Below, piece by piece: positions 1-13,755 of a stretch of 64,000 bases of DNA. Each line of letters starts with the position of its first letter. Position 1 is the stretch's first letter. The stretch is from Selaginella moellendorffii (taxonomy: Eukaryota > Plantae > Lycopodiophyta): positions 2,039,048 to 2,103,047 of the forward strand of contig NW_003314270.1 of assembly GCF_000143415.4 (NCBI RefSeq), written 5' to 3'. The position numbers and the translations under genes were made by a program. The notes beneath the pieces are model-generated. The model had not been told where the DNA came from. It saw only the letters and a program-made list of their open reading frames with translations, and searched no databases.

Positions 1-1814
1 TACCAAAGGAGGTTAGGAACTTGGAAGCTTGGTATGCTTGGCTGCTTGTGCTTATGGGGAGTGTAGCCGAACCTTAAGTCCAGTCTAACTCGGGGAGGGG
101 GGATTGGGAGAGATTTGGGAATTCGTGGATGGATGGCTAACACTCCGTTGCTCGTGCAGTGAGTAGTTGAAAACCAAGTAGGACCAAGTAGGAGCTGGTA
201 CCATAGGCGGGAACCTTGGCGAGGGAACTTAACAAAAACCAAGGCAATGTTGGATGAATAAACAAGGTAAGTTGGCAAATTGGAAAGAAAAAATTTGTGG
301 CTTACACCTAATTAGATGTATAAGTTTATGATGTGTGTAGCAAAAGTTTGTTTCAAGTGATTCTTTTCTAGGTGCATCATGGATTCTATTGGTATCAATA
401 CTAAGGGTGTCTAAGGGAACCTTAAAAAGGTGAGTATGTATTTCATATTTTTATTTAATTTTTATACTTTCTTATTTTCCAAGTTATAATGTGGAGTTAT
501 CATGCCTTTTGTAAAAACACATATGATGGGTTTTGTGATAGTGAGCATGCAACACATGTTTTGCCTAGGTACGACAGTTCTACTGATATCATACCCAACC
601 TTATGGATGAGCAAATTTGCAACCATTTCTAGGGTATTAATTTTGATCTCCATCAGCAATGCAAGTTTTGTTTGAGCTCTATTACCCACTATATAGTGTT
701 ATGATTGATTGTAGAGTAAGTAGTGGTTCTATAATGGAGGCAGTATGTGACTTTGGTAAGTCAATGTTTGCTATTGAAAAACATCATTTTTTCAAATGCT
801 AACTTAGAGGATTTTGTGAGTTGCTTCCAACTTCAAGGAGGTAAATTATGTTTATTAAGATTTTAGAATATGTTTTGTTTTGTTTTATAGATCACAGTCA
901 CCTAGAGTTTCTAGAATTTGAGGATTTAGAAGTCTCCCTGAGTATACAAAAGCCATGGCTCAACAAATGCAAGGTAAATCTTCCCCACAATACCAATATC
1001 CTACAATTAATATCATTTCATTATATAGTTTTTTCTTTTAAAAGAAACAGTAATGTAATACAGTAAAATAATTCTAAAATTTACATTTCTTTGTAATATA
1101 GCCTAAAAACTCCTTTTTCATTAGCCAATGCAATATTTCCTAAGGGGATGTTGTTTCTCACCATGAAGTGATAGTGGGTATATGTTCATAACTCATTCTT
1201 GAATCTATTATACATTCACATGTGCATATATTCTAGACCTGCTGTTAGGCAATTGCTATAGTGCTCAAAAAAACTTGTAAACCCATAGAGCATATAGTGC
1301 ACTTTATCTCTCTCCCCTTAAGCTAACTAAAAAAATTATTTTATCCCTATTTATCACCTAAAATTTCAAGGATTTACAATGATAATATATCAATATTAGT
1401 TATCCATCTCATGGGATATATATTGAACACTCACCTAATTCTTTATTTTTAGTTTAGGATTTTAAAATGTAGATATCATGGTAGGTATTGGTAATCTCTT
1501 GGCTATAGTGCTGGTATTAAGACCCATGAGGTAAGAATTTTGCTCCCGACTTTGAGCCATTCAGCTAAACTACCTCTCTAAAAACATTTAGTAGTGATGG
1601 TGTGCAATGGTAGCTTGGATTTGGCCAACAACAACATCAATGGGGCTTTATAGTGATCTTCCCCCCTTTTCTTCCTAAATTCAACTAATTTTTTTGTAAA
1701 TAGGGTAGCCGCAACTATACAATGTAGCCATAGTGGTGCTATTGGCATAGTGGCACTGTTATTTTTTCTTCCTTTTTGAAAGAATGATTAACTCTAATGC
1801 TTGGTTGTAATCTC

Positions 1815-2402
1815 TTGAATTTGAACTTCTTGAAAGGTCATCCAGTCTAGTACTAATCAAACCCAAGGAAACTTAACTTTAAATATCCTAAGACTTTTAA
1901 CCAATTGGAAAAGAGGGTGCACTCTTATTCATGGGCCCTTTCCCATAGATCGTCTTTTGAATCATTCTTTTTAGTTACTTACAATTCACTATGTTTCCCT
2001 ATAAATTCATTCTCTCATGAACAAAAGCTAAGAGCTGTAACTCTCTTGAGAACCTCGCTCTCGTGAACGGAAGCTAACAGCCGTAGCTTTTCTGAGAGCC
2101 TCACTCTTTTGACAGTCAAGCCCAGTTGAAGTAAACTAAACCTGCCAAATGTCAATCAACATGTAATACAATTTCCTTAAGTCAAGCAACTAAATTGGAC
2201 TCGAGACTTCTTTAATACCAAAAATAAGCTTTTGAATTTAAACTTCCCAGGAAGTCACTTAACCTAGTATTATTTAAACCTAAGGACACTTAACCCCAAA
2301 TATCCTAAGACCTTTAACCGATTTGAGAAAGAAGTGCACTTTTATTCATGGGCCCTTTCCCATGGACCATCTCTCAAATCATTTTCTTTAGTTGCTTACA
2401 TT
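1815..2402 (+). repeat. Imperfect direct repeat of ~170 bp (1815-1985 and 2232-2402) flanking a ~46-bp tandem repeat (about 2012-2105)
   Basis: Both copies share ttgaattt.aactt...aaacc.aagga.acttaac...aaatatcctaagac.tttaacc.att.g.aaaga.g.tgcact.ttattcatgggccctttcccat. The inner unit ctctc.tgaac..aagctaa.agc.gta.ct.t occurs twice. Confidence 0.8.
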
Positions 2403-5400
2403 AGTATACAAATGTTTTTTCTTTCTAGAATGTCTCTATATTTAAGAATTGGTTTTTTTTTTTTTTTTGTGGTGCTCTTAGTAACACTACAACCTTTGCA
2501 TGCTATAACTATCATTGGTAAAATCCCCCTATTTTTTGTTTAAAACCTAATTTCTCTAAACTCTTTTACGACTCAAAGAGGCTACTTGATTGTTCTCACT
2601 CTATCTTCACTAGATATTTGTGTTAAGGAGTCTTTAATGATGGCCTTGTATAGGTAAAAGCTTCAAGTTGCTTTTACTTCCTTGTGAATCTCTTATGCTT
2701 TGAACTTTAGAGGCTTGAAGAACATTTAGGGGCCATTGAGATACATGAACATCAACATAGAATTGCTAGAAGTGGAATTTAGGATTGGGACAAACTAGGG
2801 ATATAGTCATGAAAGATAGCAGTTGGAACTGATATGAGATGGTGATAGTTGGTTTTCCTATCAATCTTGAAATGTTTGATTACAAATTCACAATATACTA
2901 AATTTAAACTAATAAATAAACCATATGTCTAACAATTAAATAAACTATGAATTAAAGTTGTTATATAAACTATATATTAAACTAGTATATGAATTATGAA
3001 GTTAAACTATTATATAAAACACATATTAGTTTCACTTCTATTTTTTAACAAAAACTCATATCAATTTTACACATCAGTAAAAAATAATAAAATTCATAAT
3101 AAGGTACCTTTTATGTATATTATATTCATTATAAAATGAGTTGTATCTTACTATAGATAGATAGATTCATGGAATAATGGTTTAGTGATCACTTCTTGAG
3201 TATAGCTTTATTGTGTTTATCTTTTAAAGTAATGTAGATATGCTCTTCATTTGTTTTTGCATTATAAAGTTTTGGTTTATGGATATGTTAAAAAGGATAT
3301 TATAAGTTGTACCATAATTTCTTCTTGAGAATTGAAGTTAGTCAATGCAAAATTTATGATTGTTATTTACAAAGAGACTACATAGCCAACCAATAATTGG
3401 GTGCACCCATCTGGGCTGGTGCATGAATAGGCCCGAGGTAGTGTATAGGATTTGACTGTAGACTTTTTCAAGTTTTTAGTTTTTAAAATTTTCATACTCA
3501 TTTGTTAGGGAAAGGTATTTTGGCTTATTGGTAACAATGATTGTGCATCTATTTTGATGAAGTGATTGATAATCTTTAGTGATAGTTAGCTATTTTTTAT
3601 TTTTTTGGCTTTCCATATTACCACAAGTTTTTTATGGTTCATCTTTTGGGTTTAAGACATTAATAAGATATTGTTGATGCTTCATTTAGCAACTTTGGTT
3701 CCTTAGTATGACTAGAATCTATTTAGATTAGCTAGTGTGATATTTAATATGAACAAATATTTGTTAACCCTTATAACATTCATTTTGATGGTGTTGATTA
3801 TTACTAAAGTTATTTCTAATAGATTGGGATATTTTATTCCTTTAAGTAATACATTTGCAGGCATTTTGCTTATTAGACCATAATACTTTACATAAATTTA
3901 GGTGTCTTTTGTAAGTTATTTGTTATGCTATTTTAGATATTTAGTAGTTAAAGCTTTATTACTAACTTCACTTGGTGATATATTTACTTTTGAATTATCT
4001 TAAGATAATTTAATTCTATGTCTTAGTGATCTTGGTGGTTCCTATAATTAACTAGTTTATTAGATAATAATGTAATTGGACTACTTTTGTATTCTAATCT
4101 AAGACTTATTATTTGATAATTTGATGTCTTTAAGATATGTTTGTCTTTAGCTTTGATATTGTTCATCGTATTGATTTTGACGTTTACACCATTATAGGAA
4201 AATTGGCTTTCACACTTCATATATATGGTGAAATCTTTAGTTATAGGATGGTTATTATCAACTAGTCATATAACTTGCTCTTTCAATATTTCTAATTTTG
4301 TTATAAGGGCATGACCATGTAAATAATTCTAGTCTATCTAAATCTCACTAATAGGTTGTAAGCGATTGAATTTTCTATTCTACTTTAATCAATTAACCAC
4401 ACATCCAACCACTTAAAGAAGTGTCACTCACAACTTCCATAAATTCTATTCTAGATTTAGGAACTTGTTAGTCTTGAAAATGGCATCCATGCCACTCAAC
4501 CATTGCACTTAGTCCAAGTGCTCCATATATCCAATCCTATGATCGACACCCAAAGGTACCATTAATATACCAGCCCGTTATACTAAGGCCATGCCCATTT
4601 ACTTTTGTCACATCAATGATCCAACCCCATTTACATCATAGTCCCATCTCTCAAAGATTGGGCTATCTGTCTATGAGTGATCATCCTAGATCCACTCTTT
4701 AACATCCTCAAGATGCTCGCAAACATGGGGAATAGCCTTCCCTAATATCTCTTTTTCAATCCCTACCAAGTCCCTTTCTGTCCATGGTCGTGTTCACCAA
4801 CACTACCACTGGGTTAAAGCCCATAAGCCCGACCACTAAGTCCTACTATCCTTTAAGACTTCTTTACCATATGACCATATTCTATCACTACACCAAAGGA
4901 TTACTCCTTTTCCTTTCCACAGTCTAGGATTTTGGGGCAACATTCCAGGCCTCATAAGTACTCTCCCCACCTTCCGCCTTTGGGTGCTTTAGCCATGGGG
5001 CTAAAGCGAGGTTCTATTAAGTCATACCATGTATCCAAGTAGGTAGTGCCACTTACATTTGGACTAAAAACATCGACCATTCGATCTCCCGGGAGAGCTA
5101 GAGTTGGCTTTTAAACACTTCACCAAGCTATCCCACTTGTTTGTCTGTATTCACTCTAGCTTTAAATTCTTTAATAGATATATCACCTAGCACATGGGCA
5201 TAGCCTTCTTACATTGGCCTTTCCTAGCCAAACTGGCTCCATTAAAGTCTAACCCCCACACTCTCCCTACTATACTTTTGGTTTTTCCTTTATGGTTTTT
5301 TTCAAAGTGTTTTCAAACTCTATACTATGTTCTCATTCTACTCTCTTTGCTAATTATTTTTATCCATTTTCTTTTTAACATGGCAAATTTAACATGCAAG

Positions 5401-5871
5401 ACTTGGCTTTTACCTTTTAGCTAGTAGGAAGGGTGCAAAATTCCCTCACAACAATAGTGGTTTAAGAGCTTTGGATTCAAGAGAAATATGCCATACAATG
5501 AAGATGAAGGCACTGTAGTGAAAATAAACTAGTTATTTATGCTTAATCCATATTTCTAGGTAACTCAAGTGTTATTGCAATGACAGAAAGATTCACACAC
5601 ATTTACAATGGCAATTTAGTGCAGCTTAGAAGAGCTCTAACCCTTTTTACTATATAGTAAACATTGGCAGATCTATCTAGAGAGATAAAAAAATTGGCAG
5701 CTTGGCTAAAAAATAGATGCAAACTCTATTCTATTACAAATATACTGTGTTCTAAGTAATTGTAATATTATTGTAGTGTTTTTACATTTGATTATGTTCT
5801 TCCAATTGTAGTCATCCTTCTGATAATAAGTAGTTTTCTCATGTCACATGAGAGAAGATAAGGCACGCGTT

Positions 5872-5994
5872 TCTATTCTTGCCCACATCCTTTCCACTAT
5901 TCCCTATATATTTTATAAATACAAACTATATGTGTGTGTGTGTGTGGAATAGTGGCATGTAAGGAATAGTGGCAATGATGAGAGCAAGGATAGA
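5872..5994. mobile_element. MITE-like element with ~32-bp imperfect terminal inverted repeats
   Basis: tctattcttgcccacatcctttccactattcc (5872-5903) versus the reverse complement of ggaatagtggcaatgatgagagcaaggataga (5963-5994), enclosing AT-rich/(TG)n filler. Confidence 0.55.
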
Positions 5995-6159
5995 GACTAT
6001 CTTAAACTTTGCCATGTGGAGGTCAAGTAAAGTTGAAGCATGAGAGTGTGGTGGAGCACCCTTATAGAGCAACAGATGGTGTAACATATATAGTCAAAAC
6101 TATTAATATTTTATTTCTATTTTTATATAAATATATGAAATAAAAATTATTATTATCAA

Positions 6160-6579
6160 ATGTTTCACTACTTACAATTTTTTATTATATTAGTTTTAGT
6201 TTCCAAATGCCTTTGTTATTCAAGGCCTGCTACTGAAATTTGTTTTACAAATGGTAGACAGTTAAGAATTTCTAATGCTGATTATTGTTCTTCAATAAGA
6301 AATATATTAAGTGAATGGCGAAGAAATCCCTTTCAACGAACATATAGAAATATTAATGGAAATTTAAGAACTACTATAAACATACTTGAAAGGAGAACTA
6401 GGAATATAGCATCTGCAGAAACTGATATAGTACAAGCTTTTAGATTTATAAAACGGAATTGTGTAATAAGGCGTATGGGTGGTCAAGTTCGATTACTAGA
6501 TAGATCATTAATTGTGTCAGTAGAGATTATATCTACTGAACTCCATACTTTTAAAATATTACAAGACGAAAACTGTTAA
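6160..6579 (+). CDS. Small secreted Arg-rich protein, divergent Gnk2/DUF26-like fold
   Basis: Intact 139-aa intronless ORF in very AT-rich DNA. Hydrophobic signal peptide (MFHYLQFFIILVLVSKCLC) and an upstream TATATAAATA. Segments IRNILSEWRRN and FIKRNC..MGGQVRLLD resemble ginkbilobin-2 LRAMLADLRQN and IFSIC..IGARVQLVD. Confidence 0.6.
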   Translation: MFHYLQFFIILVLVSKCLCYSRPATEICFTNGRQLRISNADYCSSIRNILSEWRRNPFQRTYRNINGNLRTTINILERRTRNIASAETDIVQAFRFIKRNCVIRRMGGQVRLLDRSLIVSVEIISTELHTFKILQDENC

Positions 6580-7020
6580 ACATATAAATTATTTATTTAT
6601 ATATATAATCTTATTATATATTTACTAAATTAAAATTATACTAAGTATATTATAGTTATTAATTGTATTAAATTATTATTATTATTATGTAGATACTTGA
6701 ATATATTATATACCAATAAGAAAAATAAATTAAGATTTCGGTGAGGAAAATACTGGGGAAGTATTAAGGAGTTGTTATGTCATACCATTGTTTCAGGTTG
6801 CCATTTGGAAAATTATATAACAGCCACTACATACTAACTGTCCAGATGAGAATTTGATTCTATTATAAACAAGGTGTAGCACTCATCATATTACTTTAGA
6901 ATAAAGAAAAACAAGCATGAGCACAAGATAATAGAGGCTAGGAGGGACAAACCCAGCTTACAAGGAAGCCTGGGTAATATTAGCACTAATGCCTTTGCTT
7001 GAGTGAGTTCTGTTCCTTCT

Positions 7021-7140
7021 CTATGAAACGAGCACGATGAGAACCAGCGAGAGGATGGCAGCACTTATGCTGACGAACACGAAGAACATGGCCGGGGAGT
7101 GGCCCTTTCTGCCGCTGGCGTGGTCTAACTTGTCCTCCAT
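7021..7140 (-). CDS. Putative 39-aa tail-anchored micropeptide or gene remnant
   Basis: Manual translation MEDKLDHASGRKGHSPAMFFVFVSISAAILSLVLIVLVS*. GC-richer island, C-terminal hydrophobic helix, divergent from RPS3. Confidence 0.3.
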   Translation of the reverse strand: MEDKLDHASGRKGHSPAMFFVFVSISAAILSLVLIVLVS

Positions 7141-7350
7141 GGCGTCTTCGCATTCCTCTCGGTGGGAGATGGCTTGCTGAGAGTCACCAGGGTTAGGACT
7201 GTTTCAGCACACCTTAACCGACTGGTCTTGTGCTTTATGGGGGGCTTTGCAAGATCATGTACTGAATTAATGAAGAAATAAAATGGCCACAGAATTAAAC
7301 ACAGAAGGATGCCAGAGTGATCAAATGGCATACTGCATAATAATTTGTCA

Positions 7351-7390
7351 AAAGCCCTAGAAGAGCCCTAATTAGGACGGCTAGGGCTTT
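7351..7390. promoter_or_regulatory. Inverted pair of telo-box-like motifs upstream of RPS3
   Basis: aaagccctag (7351) and ctagggcttt (7381) are perfect reverse complements resembling AAACCCTA, typical of plant ribosomal protein promoters. Confidence 0.45.
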
Positions 7391-7396
7391 GGCGGC

Positions 7397-8368
<972 letters not shown>

Positions 8369-8887
8369 AGCCACTAGCTCTCTCTTGAGTCCTGTGTTTC
8401 CAAACTAAAAATGTAGCGTAGGAAATTTTACAATCTTATCATTTTGTCTTTAATAATATTTAGTTTTGTCAGATGATATACCACTTTCTACCATTAATCT
8501 GCACTGGTTAACTAATCATCCCAGTTAATTAATAAAGAAAGGAAGATATTCTTGATATATACCCCAAATAGAATGTCTAAATGGAATCGATCGGACGGCC
8601 AGGTGGAAGCGACGAGTTTGTAAATAAGAAAGCTATGGCAGAATAAAAGTTTCTACCTGGACGGGTAGCGTCATGGAGCGAGGGTTATGCGCTAGGCGGT
8701 GGGATTCTCTGGTGGGATGGAGAGCAGCTGATCCGCTAGCAGCGTAAGGTGATTCTGGCAAATCGGCGATTGGATCTAGCTGCCGCGCGCCGCGCGGCTG
8801 ATCGGGTAGGGTTTTGCGCGATCGATCGATATCTGGGAGCCGATCGCGTCGACCGCTGGCGGTGCATTTGCGCTGCTCCAGCCGAGA

Positions 8888-11511
8888 ATGGAGGCGGATG
8901 CGCCTTTGGATTGCGCTCACTTCCTGCTCACGCCCACGCGCACGAGGTGTGAATTCGATCGAGCATTTTGGTTAAAGAAATCTTGTCGCTGTCTATCTGC
9001 GGTGTGTAGATGCGAGCTTGTGGTTTCCTCTGGCGATCAGACGGAAAAGCTAGCGTCGGGATTGCTGCAGCCTTTCTCGTCGCACATCAAGGCGGTGAAC
9101 GAGGAGATTGACAAGGGTGGCTGCTCGATCAAACTAGAGCCATCTGGAGACGATGCTGCGTCTTGGTTTACTAAAGGTACTATGGAAAGGTACGATTTGC
9201 GATCTATCAGACTATCATGGATTGAACTCTTCTTATTCTATTTGCCTGTAGATTTGTAAGGTTTGTGAGTACTCCCGAAGTGCTCGAGCGCGTGGATAGC
9301 GTGGACAATGAACTGTCTCAACTGGAAGAAACTTTAAGCAGACACAATGACGGTTCTGTGGTACTTTTCGCGGAAGCCCATTGTTGTGGCTAATGAATCT
9401 TCCTTCTGTTTAGAGCGGACCCGAAACTCCAGTATCTGTCAATGGGGAAGCATCGCAAGGCCATCTTGAAAATTTGCAGGTACTTCTTCGTGAATATGAC
9501 TAGCTGCTAACTTTGAAGATGCAGAATTCTTCGGCTGGTGAACAAGAGAATCCGAAGTAAGCGGCATCTTCATAAAAATGCAGCATTTTCTGATGTTATA
9601 AATCTGCAGCTTACAGTTGTTGAAAGCGTTGGAAGCTCGTCGGGCAATATTGCAGAAGGAGAAGTCCATGGCTTTTGCGAGAGCAGAGGCTGCTGGATTC
9701 AGTGCGAAAAATACGTCAGATTTGATGAGGTTCGCCCAACAGTTCGGGGCAAGCCGTTTAAGGTGAGTTTCTTCAAGCCTTGTTAGAGAGTTTGATTTCT
9801 CTTTTTCCTTTTCGCAGTGATGCATGTGAAAGCTATATGAGATTTTGCATGAAAAAGCGGGAAACTGAGATATGGTTGGAGGGAATGCAGTCGCATTCTC
9901 GTGGTGACGTAGAAGACGGTCCCAACTTCGACCTGATTGAAGACTTCATTAACGACAGTAAGGAATGCGACAGTAAGGAAGCCGCAGCGGAATCAGAAAG
10001 GGGCGTACAGGTCATTCTCGATCACGAGGAAGCCTCGGGACGAAGGACGAGTGTTCAAGAAAAGATAACTATGTTCGAAAGCAAGAAACAAGAGATCGAA
10101 GATAGGCGTCGAGTAGCTGATATTGGACGGACAGATACACAGAAACCAGTCTTGCGGAGGTGGAGTTTAGCTGCTGATAAGCTTGGTAGAAAACCGTCGG
10201 AGCTAGTGGAAAAGGGAAAAGACTTGAACCAGTCTTCTATGGGAGGAAAGATAAAGCAGGAACTAGAGGGACCTGTAGATAGCAGTGTTGTAGAAGATTT
10301 GGCTACTGGTGCGATTGAGGACGTGTCTACGACAGGAAACGCCGGACCGCTGTTGCAAGAGCCAGAGCCTAGCGACGATCAAAAGAGCGTCTTGAGCGAA
10401 ACACCGTCCTTGAAGGATACGAAGGGAAGGCTGTATGACACGTACCGCGAGCGTAGGGACGCTAAGCTCAAAGAAGAAGGGACGTCAAAGAAAGCCGAGA
10501 AGCAAGCAAGGCTGAAAGTTATGCAGGAGAGTCTGGATAGAAGGAGAGCAGAGGTAGCCAAAACCTTGAGGTCAAGTAAGAACGATCCGTTGGCCGAGGC
10601 ACGTCTACGAGCGGAAAAAATACGAGCATTCAAAGCTGGTCTCCTGGAGTTGAAGAGAGCAAAGGTAAATTTTCTATCACCTCCGTTTTCAAATTCTGAA
10701 CTGTTTCGTTTTCGTTCTTTTTTAAAACCAGGAAGAGGAAGAACGGAAGCGTTTGGAAGAGCTTCGCTTGCAAAGATTACAGAAGAAAGTTGCTCCAAGC
10801 TCCCCCCATTCAGGTGCTTCTACTCCAAGATTACCAGCGAAAGCCACGTCGAGCAAAGGACTATTGCCAACTTTTCAAAGAGCAAGCACAACTCAGAGCA
10901 GCAATTCTCAGGGCAGCAGAGGCCGCAAACCCGCCCCGGCGTTGGACAATCCCAGAAAAGTCCAGCAAGAGAAACCGGAGGCCATCGCCACGAAGGCAAA
11001 TCTGAAGGACGACGCTCGCTCACAGAACGCGAGGCTGCGCAGCATAGTTTTGAGAAGAAGCATGCCTTCGTCGGAGGCCTTGAGGAGGAGCTCGAGCATG
11101 GGGGCAGGCCACCGCAGGGAAATAGGGAGACTCTCTGGGGAGGCTGCGAGCAGTGGACTGAAGTTCCTGGACGCCGCTGCTACGGACCTGGAGGACGACG
11201 AGGTTTCATCGCCAATGATCAACGTAAACTCCAAGGCTGAGCGAGTCGAAGAAAAAGAAGAGGATGGAGATGAGGCGGCAGCAGCAGCAGCGATGGAAGC
11301 AGAGACGCTGGTGATCCGAGCTCCAGTGACCGCAGACGATGATCTTCTCCCGGCGAGAGTTATCGACGCCGGAACATCGTCGCCCGAAAAAAACGTCGAG
11401 CCTGGTCCTCCTGGAGTAGCAGCGGTTGCGAGAGATGGCGGAGACTACATTGCTCCAATTGCACCAGTCTCGATTTCTCCAATGGTTTTAGTACAGACGT
11501 ACAATGTGTGA
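8888..11511 (+). CDS. COP1-interacting protein 7 (CIP7)-like protein, multi-exon
   Basis: Family N-terminus [57 protein letters not shown]. Later LLKALEARRAILQKEKSMAFARAEAAGF, VLRRWS and GRLYDTYRERRDAKLKEE motifs. The 3' end is approximate. Confidence 0.85.
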
Positions 11512-11549
11512 GCCTTTCTTTTATCTTGCATTTTCTTTTTTATTTTTTG

Positions 11550-13716
11550 GTTGAATGAATATTTTTGGTGCTGTCTTTTATTATAATTAGTATTGTAATT
11601 AATATTAATTTAATGTAGATTACTCTTTATATCTGCTGGAAGTAGAATGTAGGCCAAGAATACAACAGGAACTTTTGCTCTCATCCAGGATAACGCTCTG
11701 GTAAGGATCAAGAAGGATCAAGATCAGTTGGCTTTGATGGGGTCAGGAGAAAAATTTTAGACAAGAGTATGGCTTTTGAAAGAGAAAAAATTTAGATCAG
11801 AGTATGGCTTTTGAAAGAGATGGAGTATAACACAAAGATGGATGACACCTCCAATAATAACACACTTTAATAATATATGTTAGTGGTTTAATGAAATCAT
11901 CTTTATTACCATTTCCCATGAGTGGTCATCCTAGGGCAAGTTCCAGATGCAAAGACCACTTTTGAAGGTCAATCTATCTCTCTATAATATGAAGTTACTT
12001 AGATGAATAACAATGAATAGAGCTTGTCTGCAATCAACTTGGAGTGAACTAATCTTTAATATTAACATCATATCAAGCATTTAGTTCAGTCTGAAGAATA
12101 ATGAGTTCGTATTTCTATTTTTTTATACATGTTTTTGAGGGTCTTCTAGAGTACTATGAGACCACAATACAATGCATGTAAATTGATTTCCTTATCATTT
12201 TTGGTCCCTCTAAGGTTACTTTTGCTATATATATATACTCTTTATTTAAAGTTGCTATTTTGGCATTGGTGTCATTTTAAGAATATCCGATTCAATTAGA
12301 TTATGACTCTCCAAAAGGACTTTAGACATGGCAAAGAGGTGGGTTATAATATTTTAGGGTAGACTGTGAAAATGCTTTTATTTTTGAGGAAGAATACAGT
12401 ATTCTTGTTTCATTCATGATCTATGGCCATAGCATAAATTATATTTCTTTCCAATTTTAACCAGCCAACAGCAAAGGCAGGATTGAGGACGAAAGTCCCA
12501 ACCAGCAAAGATCGAGGAAGAAAGCCCATGGTGAGAATTATTTTATCGGATATCTCTTGTGGAACCAAAGAGGGTCTCTGCCAAGGAAGGAGCTTTGTTG
12601 AAAGTAATAAGCAAGAGACATTATCAAACCATATATCAGTCTGGAAGCACCATTACTGGAATTTCAGTGTAGAATGGAAAGGTGTGTGTCCTTGGCTTGA
12701 AGCTGCCAATAGAAGTTTGAGGTAGATCAGTAGATTGGCTTACATCCTTATCCTATTCATTGGCTCCTTTGTTTGCATAATCAAAATGATTGAGATCAAC
12801 AATGTTTGATCCCATATCCATGGTGACGCAGTAGCAGCTATAAATCCATGCAAGGGTGATTTGAGCACCATATTGTAGAGCACCAAGAAATTGACCATAT
12901 GATTATCATGGATTATGTGTTGTCATGGATCTGGGATCAAGCAAATCTCATGCCTTCTTGGAAATTCAGTAGATCATAGTTTCCAGCAAGCTTCTGATGC
13001 TTTGCATTGCTATGCAATAAGGACTTACTTGAAAAAACAAAATGAAGAGAGAACTCTTAAATAACTCTTAACAAAGGCATTGTAAGTGTGAGATAATGAT
13101 TAATATTCTTCACCATTTTAGAAGGGACCCCAACTCTGCTGGAAAATCCAAGTGCCAATAGGTTTTCTATAATGTATTTTGGTTGACAAACTGCATACAA
13201 GGTTAATTTTTGTGGATATAACTAGAATATATTTGGATATTCTGAGGTATTCTACCATTTAACGGTTGTTATTCATTTAGATTAATTTTTTATTTAAAAT
13301 TTATAAACATGTTTATAGTTTATAAACTTTAGACACTTTCTAGTATATTCTAGTTTATTCTACCATCTAATAGATGATATGCAATAAAATTAAACTTGTG
13401 TTTATAAATTATAAACATATCTATAATTATAAACTTTTATTTGATCAATTGGATTAATAAATAGGAATAACACTACTATTAAGCAAACAAAATATCATTT
13501 GTTATATCATTATAATTTATTAGTTGGTGAAAGAAAGCTAACTTTTATTTACATTTCGCTTCATATTATACATGTTAGATAAATATGAAATATGAGATCA
13601 TAAACTAAATATAAGGTGAACCATTATAAGGTGTATTTGGCCTGTTTCAGTCTCTAATGCAAGCATTGATAGCTATTCAGTTATTAGGATAAGAGTAGAT
13701 TATCTTCCATAAAAAT

Positions 13717-13755
<39 letters not shown>

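Larger units (their letters stand above)
1..7000. other. AT-rich gene-poor tract, probably decayed transposable-element debris
   Basis: Visibly AT-rich and CpG-poor relative to the gene-dense region. No long ORFs apart from 6160-6579. Contains local direct, tandem and inverted repeats. No TE protein motif could be read with confidence. Confidence 0.45.

Noticed and set aside
1815-2402. Direct repeats as a CRISPR array or an LTR pair
   Set aside because: Only two long diverged copies in a eukaryotic genome; no TG..CA termini, PBS or PPT identified.
4400-5450. Possible decayed LTR-retrotransposon gag/protease on the minus strand (IIGLD-like and Cys-containing fragments)
   Set aside because: Too degenerate, with many stops; no motif reliable enough to call without a profile search.
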